Origin: Squalus acanthias
Lineage: Eukaryota
Reading direction: 5' to 3'
NCBI GenBank assembly: GCA_030390025.1
Contig: JASTWF010000034.1
Location: forward strand, 4,154,001-4,218,000
DNA length: 64,000 bases
A program made the position numbers and the translations under genes. The notes beneath the pieces were generated by a model, which was given only the letters and a program-made list of their open reading frames with translations, made no database searches and had not been told where the DNA came from. Shown here one piece after another: positions 56,685 to 64,000 of this stretch; positions within the stretch are counted from its first letter, which is position 1; each line of letters opens with the position of its first letter.

Positions 56685-56890
56685 GTGTAATTTCCTAATA
56701 TCTATTTCTTCCACCTGTGCACTGGCTACGTTTTCTTCAACCATTTCTTGTTCAAGAGCTTACTGTGCTGCAAATATCAGCGGCATGGTTCCCTCTTTGT
56801 TCCTGATTTTGTATTTTCTGGTGCGCCTTTATTTTTATTACTGCTGCTAGTGTTGGAGCCTTTGCAGCTTCCAAGAGGGCCTCTACCCTC
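56685..56890 (-). pseudogene. pol: Displaced RNase H C-terminal fragment plus linker
   Basis: Manual translation: RVEALLEAAKAPTLAAVIKIKAHQKIQNQEQRGNHAAD, matching the retroviral RNase H (K/C)xHQ...GNxxAD motif; followed by ALEQEMVEENVASAQVEEIDIRKLH. Confidence 0.85.
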
Positions 56891-57197
56891 CGCTATTAAT
56901 GCAAAATTTGGTATATACCTCCGACTGTTATTAAAGAGTCCTAACACTTTTCTGACCTCACCTTACCGAGACGGGTCTTGGCATCTCTTGGATCGCCTTC
57001 CGTCGGTCTTGTGCCATGGTCCTTACCCCCTGGGACAATTGTTGTCCCAAATATGTGACCGTAGTCTGCCCAATTTGTGCCTTTTTCGGGTTTACTTTGA
57101 ACCCTCCTGTTTCTAGGGCTTGCAGAACCACCACCAGGGCGGCAGCATGCCCTCTGCTGTCTTCTGATGCTATCAACATATCATCTATATATTGTAA
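56888..57197 (-). pseudogene. pol: Displaced reverse transcriptase palm/thumb fragment
   Basis: LQYIDDMLIA (YIDD 57180-57191)...GFKVNPKKAQ...VTYLG...AIQEMPRP, frameshift at ~56961, then EVRKVLGLFNNSRRYIPNFALIAE. Confidence 0.93.
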
Positions 57198-57477
57198 CTC
57201 TTGTTCTAATTCAAGAATTATTTTATTTTTACTTGCAAGTCTAGTGTGGAGTCGCTGCACCTTGTTCGTTAATGCAACAAATTGGTTTACTAGTATTACC
57301 CTCGCCTTTTTCGTCTTTTTCTGTTATTGACCCTCTACCACTCTCTTTTACCTTCGGATTCTGGAGCGGATCCCACCCCTCCTTCGTCATCTTATCAACT
57401 AAACCCTTCCGGTCGTCTGCATAGATCCTAGTAAGGGACCCCATTGGGCCCCATTCTATTTGTTTCCCCGACGCCAT
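57198..57477 (-). pseudogene. gag: Probable Gag N-terminus with coiled-coil start
   Basis: MASGKQIEWGPMG... first substantial ORF after the leader and splice donor; after a frameshift KKTKKARVILVNQFVALTNKVQRLHTRLASKNKIILELEQE (heptad-like). Assignment positional. Confidence 0.65.
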
Positions 57478-57486
57478 TTGCAGTCC

Positions 57487-57504
57487 AACTTACAGTCTTA
57501 CCTG
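57487..57504 (-). promoter_or_regulatory. Candidate major splice donor
   Basis: Minus strand CAG|GTAAGACT|GTAAGT just upstream of the gag ATG. Confidence 0.65.
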
Positions 57505-57947
57505 GTGCTGAGTTCCTCTACTCGGGCTTGTTCTTGATACTTTAAAGACCTTCAATTTGTTAATCAGTCACAACACATATATATATTTGCTGACTGCACG
57601 ATCCCAGGTTGCTTTGGAGCCTCTACGCCTACTTGATCCTGACCATCACGTGGGACTACGTCCTCTTAATTCAGGCTCAGGCTAGGTGTTTGAAACAGGC
57701 ACCCAACTTGTCCGTGTCGTTCCATCACTCACTCATTCCTTTGCGACATTTATCGCTACACAGTGTTCCCTTTAGTACTTGCAATCCACACTCTAACAAC
57801 TGTGTTCTCCTACCTCTCACAGACCTTACTTGATTCTTGTATCTACGGCACTGTCACTCCACCTTTCCAGGTGACTCAATTTCTGGACGGTCAAAATTGA
57901 CTTCTCGTCCGAGTTCACCGGTGCGGGCGGTCTTTCAGGTCCAGAGC

Positions 57948-57965
57948 ATCCTGCCGACTACGCCA
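57948..57965 (-). promoter_or_regulatory. Primer binding site, tRNA-Ser
   Basis: TGGCGTAGTCGGCAGGAT is the exact complement of the vertebrate tRNA-Ser(AGA/TGA) 3' end ATCCTGCCGACTACGCCA; 2 nt from the 5' LTR end. Confidence 0.95.
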
Positions 57966-57967
57966 AT

Positions 57968-58320
57968 TATTGGTGAACAATGAATTCACTCTAGTCTGTC
58001 TCAAAGCAGAGGATCACAGTTTATTTAGCAGAGCATTCTGCGAGAAGAGCCATAGACCCCGCGGTCTATTAATCAACTTCTAGTTGTTACAGTGGTATCG
58101 GAACTTCTTTTATACATTATATGGTCGGGTATGCAATTCATTACATACAAATGTCTTCACCCAATCACATTCCCCCAGCAACAAGCTCCTTAATTATAAT
58201 CTGCACTTTAAGCTAAATTTTCTTGTTACTTCCCTTCCGAAACAATAAACATATGGAGTGTTGGCCAGACTGGCTAGTCATGCGGTGATTGGTTCTGAAG
58301 TGTAACCGTTGTGCTATTAT
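57968..58320 (-). repeat. 5' LTR, truncated at its U3 end
   Basis: Aligns to 52160-52556 with two internal gaps; TATAAAA (minus) at 58108-58114; homology stops at 58320 where CR1 sequence begins. Confidence 0.92.
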
Positions 58321-58958
58321 TGCCATGGCATAGGAGTTTATTCAAGTGCGGGGAGTCAAAAGGACTTTGATAGTGGTCGGCGACTGTATAGTCAGTGGGA
58401 TAGATACTGTTCTCTGCAGCCACGGGCGAGAGTTCCGAAGGTTGTGCTGCCTGCCCGGTTCCAGGGTTAAAGATATCTCCTGGCAGCTGGAGATGAATTT
58501 GGATTGGGAGAGGGAGGATCCAGTTGCAGTGGTCCATGTAGGAACCAAAGACGAGGAATGAGTTTCTGCTGATGGAGTTTGGGGAGCTAGGATCCAAATT
58601 AAAAAGCAGATCCTCAAAAGTAATAATCTCTAGATTAATAGCTAGGCCACGCGCAAATTGGCACAGGGACAAACAGATCCGAGATTTAAATGCGTGGCTA
58701 AAAGTGTGGTGTGGAAGAAAGGGATTTGATTCATGGGGCACTGGCGCCAGTACTGGGGAAAGAGGGAGCTGTTCTGTTGGTACGGTCTCCACTTAAACCG
58801 GGCTGGGACCAGTGTCCTGGGAAATGGAATAACTAGGGCTGTAGGTTGGGTTTGGAACTACAAAGGGTGGAAGTATCAGGTGAGGGGAAATTTAGAAATC
58901 TAAAGAGACACGTCAAGACAATGGAGCAGTGTAGCGATTTGGGTAATTACAAGCAGAG
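58321..58958 (+). mobile_element. CR1 LINE ORF1 fragment (SGNH/GDSL esterase domain), degraded
   Basis: LIVVGDCIV (GDS-like)...CCLPGSRVKDI...VVHVGTKD (GTND-like)...KVIIS...LNAWLKVWCGRKGF...DGLHLN in shifted frame. Confidence 0.9.
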
Positions 58959-59369
58959 AATACAGATCACAATATTTATCTTCTCTGCATCTACAGAATG
59001 CTTAGTTCCCATGTGCAAAGGCGAGGAAAACTCGGAGGAGACTCGGTTTGCTGTCCCTCCACCCTTAGCTTTCGCAAAGCTTTCCCTGTGTAGGTCGGGT
59101 GGAGCATATGTGATCACAACATGCAGGAACTTTGTAATGGCAGGGAAGGAGGGGTAGGGGCCTAACGGTGCCTCCCAGATTAGGATTCTCTCGGTGTGGA
59201 CCATTGCTAAGGATGCACGAGGAAGCGTCAGTAACCCTTGTGGCTGCTCCCCTCACATCGGGGGTACTGTGATGGACTGGAAGCAAAGTGAAGGATGTCT
59301 ATAAGGGTGATGAGAGATTTTTTCCCAGAGGAAGTCATTCGATCAGTGGGGCTGAGTATAGAAGTTTGA

Positions 59370-59737
59370 TGCGTGTTCTAATTGAAGAGTTTAAGATGAT
59401 CAAAAGGAGTTGAGACGGTAGCTGGAGAGAAACACAATCTTCTGTTGGAGGTGTCGAGATAAATGGAGGCAGAATCTCAAAATAGGAGCTGGTACATTCA
59501 GTGGTGATGTCAGGAAGCGGTTCTTCACACAAAGGCTAATTAAATCTGGAACTCCCTCCCCAAAACACAGTTGAGTCTAGGTTATTGAAAATTTTAAAAA
59601 TGAGATTGATCTACTTTTGTTTGCTAAGTGGATTAAGGGTTATAGAACTTTGGCGAGAATTTAGAGTTCAGAACAGATTTACCTCATACAATGACAACAG
59701 GAGGAATATGTGGATGTGACTCATGTCCCTATATTCC
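59370..59737 (+). mobile_element. CR1 LINE ORF2 C-terminus and 3' UTR, degraded
   Basis: LIEEFKMIK..., GGTGATGTCAGGAAGCGGTTCTTCACACAAAGG (GDVRKRFFTQR), TGGAACTCCCTCCCC (WNSLP), GAGATTGAT...AAGGGTTAT tail. Confidence 0.85.
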
Positions 59738-60019
59738 TCTTCTATGCGTCTGGGGAAAGCTTAGTTCCTTGTTGCAAAGGAGAGGGAACATATGTGGAGA
59801 TATTGGGAGACATTGAATAATGGGACTTTATATTAGGAGGTTGGGAGACTTGATTTATTAAACCTATTATTGGGGTCTCTGCTCTCTGCCTCGGGCTTCA
59901 TTAGACGGGGGATTCGATAGGACAGGGCCCTAAGACTAATGGGCAGATCCTGAAACCTGTGCTCCAGTCCAGGGAGACGGCAGCAGGAGCAGAGCCTGGG
60001 CATGTGACCATGTCTTACC

Positions 60020-60175
60020 GCCAGTGGGCGGGGCCTGCGCTGGTTACTCTGTGATTGGCTGCTGGCTCCCTTTGTGATGTCACCTGGAGACAGGTTTTAG
60101 CTCCTGGTTACAATTCATCAGTTGTAGTTACCGTGGGCAGGAGCTGGAGTTGGCAGCGGACACTGTGAGTGAGTT
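60020..60175 (+). promoter_or_regulatory. Promoter-like cluster followed by splice-donor-like site
   Basis: GC box GGGCGGGGC 60026-60034, inverted CCAAT 60054-60058, CRE-like TGATGTCA 60075-60082, GTGAGT 60165-60170. Confidence 0.4.
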
Positions 60176-60221
60176 TAGTCCATGCACATAGGGGGAAGGC
60201 CAAAAAAGCACAATGTTTTAA

Positions 60222-60756
60222 ATTCATTCATGGGATGTGGGCGTCGCTGGCAAGGCCAGCATTTATTGCCCTTCCCTAGTTGCCCTTGAGAAGGTGGTGG
60301 TGAGCCGCATTCTTGAACCTCTGCAGTTCGTGCGGTGAAGTTACTCCCACAGTACTGTTAGGGAGGAAGTTCCAGGATTTTGACCCAGCGACGATGGAGG
60401 AATGGCGATATACTTTCAATTCAGGATGTTGTGTGATTTGGAGGGGAACTTGCAGGTGGTGGTGTTCCCATGCGCCTGCTGCCCTTGGCCTTCTAGGTGG
60501 AAGAGGTCACGGGTTTGGGAGGTGCTGCCGAAGAAGCCTTGGCGAGTTGCTGCAGTGCATCTTGTAGACACTGCATTTGTAATTAATACACATAGTAATT
60601 AGTACACACTGCATTTGTAATTAATCTACTTAGTAATTTGTACACAATGCAGCCACGGTGGAGGAAGTGAATGTTTAACGTGGTGGATGGGGTGCCAATC
60701 AAGCGGGCTGATTTGTCCTGGATGGTGTCGAGCTTCTTGAGTGTTGTTGGAGCTGT
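60222..60756 (-). mobile_element. 3' end of a second CR1-group LINE family
   Basis: Minus strand APTTLKKLDTIQDKSARLIGTP...MHCSNSPRLLRQHLP...GSKSWNFLPNST, 3' terminus GCCCACATCCCATGAATGAAT. Confidence 0.88.
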
Positions 60757-61995
60757 AATTGCTCCGTTTATCCCCTCATCCCTTTTTAAACAATAGTACA
60801 ACGTTAGCGTTTCTCCAATCCTTTGGCACCACTCCTGTAGCCAAGGAGGATTGAAAAATGATGGTCAGAGCCTCCGCAATTTCCTCCCTTGCTTCTTTTA
60901 ATAGCCTCGGATCGATTTCTACTCTCAAGGATGCTAAACACCTTAATTATACGTCTCTTACTATGTATATACCGTCAAATATTTCACTATCTTCTTCCTT
61001 AACTTCAACGTCATTCGCGTCCCCCTCTTTTGTGAATACAGCTGCAAAGTATTCATTAAGTACCTTACCCACATCCTCCGCCTCCAGACACAGATCACCA
61101 TTTGGTCCCTGATAGGCCCTACTCTTTCCTTAATTATCCTCTTGCTCTTTATGTAATTATAAAAGATCATAATATTTTCTTTGATTCTACTTGCCAGTAT
61201 TTTTTCATGCCTTCTTGTTGCTTTCCTAATTTTCCTCTTAATTTCACCCCTACACTTTCTATACTCTTCTAGGCTTTCTGCAGTATTGAGCTCACGGTAT
61301 CTGATAGAATCTTCCCTTTGTTGCCTTATCTTACCCTGTATGCATCTTGTCATCCAGGGGATTCTAAATTTGGCAGTTCTACTCTTTTTCTTTGTGGGAA
61401 CATGCTTACCCTGAACTACATGTATCTCCCTCTTGAATGCCTCCCACTGCTCTGACACTAATTAACCTTCAAGGAATTGTTTCCAGTGAACTTTTGCTAA
61501 ATCACTTCTCAACCTAGTAAAATTGGCGGTCCCCCATTTTAGAACCCTTACTCCTGTGTTTTTTCTTTGTCCTTATCCATAATTATGCTAAAACGAACTG
61601 AATTATGATCACTGCCCCAAAAATGCTCTCCCACTGATACTCCTTCCACCTGCCCAGCTTCATTCCCGAAAACTAAATCCAGAACTGCCCCGCCCCCCTC
61701 TTGTTGGGCTTGCTACGTATTGGCTAAAAAAAATGTTCTCTAGAATACAATTTAGGAATTCTGTGCCCTCTTGTCTTTTACACTGGTAATATCCCAGTTA
61801 ATATTGGGCTAAATGAAATCTCTCACTATTACTGCCCTATTGTTTTTGCACTTGTCAGAAATTTGCCTACAGATTTGCTCTTCTATCTCCCTCAGACTGT
61901 TTGGGGTCTATAGTACAATCCCAGTACTGTGATTGCCCCTTTTTTTTTTAGTTTGACCAATATAGCCTCATTTGATGATCCTTCTGACATACCAC
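60757..61995 (-). mobile_element. CR1 LINE ORF2 fragment (APE endonuclease end, linker, start of RT), internally deleted
   Basis: YRP (~61905), GSDHN (~61605), WEAFK...PWMT...KIRKATRRHEKILA...IFYNYIKSKR...VGPI (ORF 60961-61458), IFQSSLATGVVPKDWRNANVVLLFKK (~60785-60860). Confidence 0.9.
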
Positions 61996-62584
61996 CGTAT
62001 TTACCATTTATTTATTGAGGCAACATACCCACAACATACTGTGTACATCATAACACCGCCAGGGACATACTTTGAACTGTAAAACGCTCCCACTGACCTC
62101 AGGAATATTAACACTCTGACAGAAACCACCAGTTAATATTAACACTCTCACTGACACATTCTGTCCTTATTATTATACTGTCAAGGGCTGACAGTAATCA
62201 ATAAAACATTCCCACAGAACCTTGGTTCATATTTACAATAAGAGGGAGATAAAGCCCCCGTTAATATTAACACAGACCACGTGTAATTATTAATTGAATC
62301 ACAGAACACCTTGCACACAGTAAAACACTGCTAGCGACATTCCTTGTGCAAAAATATTCTCCCACAAATGCACAATATACATTAACACACGCATATAGAC
62401 ACATTGTTCATGGTAACTCAGTGTCATGTGTTCCTGTAGGCAAATCTCATTCACTCTGTCGCCTGGCCTGTCTCAGCTCTCTCTCTCGCTCTCTGTCATC
62501 CTCAGTCACTCTGTATTTATCTGCTGTTTACTGTATATAGAGGAGCTGACGCTGAGACACGCACGCGCTTCACAGTACCAGGTG

Positions 62585-62850
62585 GAGAGAGGGAGAAAAG
62601 GTGAGAGAAAGGGCGAGGGAAAGGAAGAAACAGGGGACAAGGGAGAGACAGAAAGTGAGTGATAGGGAGAAGAGCCAAAAGGGAGAAACAAGCAGGGTGA
62701 GACAGAGCGAGAGAGACATAGACAGACAGAGACAGACAGATAGACCAGGTGAGACACAGGGAGAGTGAGAGATCGGGTTAGTGAAAGATAGAAATACAGG
62801 GAAATGAGAGAAAGAGAGAGACATAACATGAGAGATAGGGAGTGGGAAAA
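62585..62850. repeat. GA-rich low-complexity tract
   Basis: Degenerate (GA)n/(GACA)n purine-rich run. Confidence 0.85.
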
Positions 62851-63751
62851 ACTGTCCCCATCAAATACTCCCAGGACAGCTATAACAAGGGTTGGATACA
62901 GAGTAAAGCTCCCTCTACACTGTACCATCAAACACTCCCAGGGCCGGTACAGCACGGGTTAGATACAGAGTAAAGCTCCCTCTACACTGTCCCATCAAAC
63001 ACTCCCAGGGCAGATACAGCACGGGTTAGATACAGAGTAAAGCTCCCTCTACACTGCTCCATCAAACACTCCCAGGACAGGTACAGCACGGGTTAGATAC
63101 AGAGTAAAGCTCCCTCTACAGTGTCCCATCAAACACTCCCAGGGCAGGTACAGCAGGGGTTATACACAGAGTAAAGCTCCCTCTACACTCTCTCATCAAA
63201 CACTCCCAGGGCAGGTACAGCACGGGTTAGATACAGAGTAAAGCTCCCTCTAAACTGCCCCGTCAAACATTCCCAGGGCAGGTACAGCCCGGGTTGCACA
63301 CAGAGTAAAGCTCCCTCTACACTGTCCCCATCAAACACTCCCAGGGCAGGTACAGCCCGGGTTGGATACAGAGTAAATATTCCTCTACACTGCCCCATCA
63401 AACACTCCCAGGGCAGGTACAGCACGGGTTAGATACAGAGTAAAGATGCTCTATGCTGTCCCTTCAAACAATCCCAGAGCAGGTACAGCACGGGTTAGAT
63501 ACAGAGTAAAGCTCGCTCTGCTCTGCCCCATCAAACACTCCCAGGGCAGGAGCAGTACGGGTTTGATCCAGAGTAAAGCTCCCTCTACACTGCCCCATCA
63601 CACACTCCCAGGGCAGGAGCAGTACGGGTTAGATACAGAGTAAAGCTCCCTCTATACTATCCCATCAAACACTCCCAGGGCAGGTACACCACGGATTACA
63701 TACAGAATAAAGCTGCCTCTACACTGTCCCATCAAATGCGCCCAGGGCAGG
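62851..63751. repeat. 67-68 bp tandem repeat, about 13 copies
   Basis: Unit GAGTAAAGCTCCCTCTACACTGTCCCATCAAACACTCCCAGGGCAGGTACAGCACGGGTTAGATACA; starts at 62901, 62968, 63035, etc. Confidence 0.96.
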
Positions 63752-64000
63752 AGATCGGGAATGAGGAAATGGCTGAGAAATTAAATAAGTACTTTGTTTC
63801 TTTCTTCACAGAGGAAGACACAAAAAACCTCCGAGAAATACGAGAAAACCAAGGGTGTGGTGAGAATGAAGAACTTAAAGAAATTATTATTAATCAAAAA
63901 ACATGGATTGAGAGTTGGTTAACAGACAGAAAACAAAGTGTAGGGAGAAACGTGTCTTTTTCAGGATGGCAGGCTGTAACTAGTGGGTTCCGCAAGGATC
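63752..64000 (+). mobile_element. CR1 LINE ORF2 fragment with internal deletion (runs off right edge)
   Basis: EEMAEKLNKYFVSFFTEED...ELKEI joined directly at ~63900 to WIESWLTDRKQSV...FSGWQAVTSG.PQGS. Confidence 0.9.

Larger units (their letters stand above)
52160..58320 (-). mobile_element. Defective, internally rearranged endogenous retrovirus (LTR-PBS-gag-pro-int-ORF-env-PPT-LTR)
   Basis: Paired LTRs, perfect 18-nt PBS, PPT, and recognisable Gag, PR, RT, RNase H, IN and Env motifs, with frameshifts and stops. Confidence 0.97.

Noticed and set aside
57635..57665. Second PBS-like sequence (ATCACGTGGGACTACG)
   Set aside because: No terminal CCA match and no adjacent LTR end.
53318..57833. 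Plus-strand ORFs antisense to the ERV genes
   Set aside because: Shadow frames of gag/pol/env with no recognisable motifs.
58346..58796. Host GDSL lipase gene
   Set aside because: Intronless, frameshifted and in the form of CR1 ORF1 esterase.
62346..63643. ORFs over GA tract and 67-bp repeat
   Set aside because: Low-complexity and tandem-repeat translations.

Overview
Eukaryotic, repeat-dominated window, very probably from a cartilaginous fish (HE1/V-SINE-type SINE, shark-type CR1 LINEs, shark-type 67-bp tandem repeat). Bases 1-52159 are one head-to-tail satellite array with a 51-52 bp monomer (consensus ~GACATGATACCCTCTACACCGGGGAATAAAGTTACAGTTAATTGTTAATTT[A], roughly 1000 copies) carrying kb-scale duplicated blocks, one SINE insertion (30484-30904) and two copies of a ~70-bp captured GIY-YIG/Penelope-like fragment (43181, 47976). 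The array ends exactly at the 3' LTR of a defective endogenous retrovirus on the minus strand (52160-58320): tRNA-Ser PBS, gag with two CCHC knuckles, UGA-CUAG gag-pro junction, protease, integrase, gamma-type env. It is unusual in that RT and RNase H survive only as fragments relocated inside gag, and a clean 75-aa single-pass membrane ORF lies between pol and env. The last ~5.7 kb is a patchwork of degraded CR1 fragments, a promoter-like motif cluster, a GA-rich tract and a 67-bp tandem repeat. No intact host protein-coding gene is supported. All calls are by eye, without database searches.
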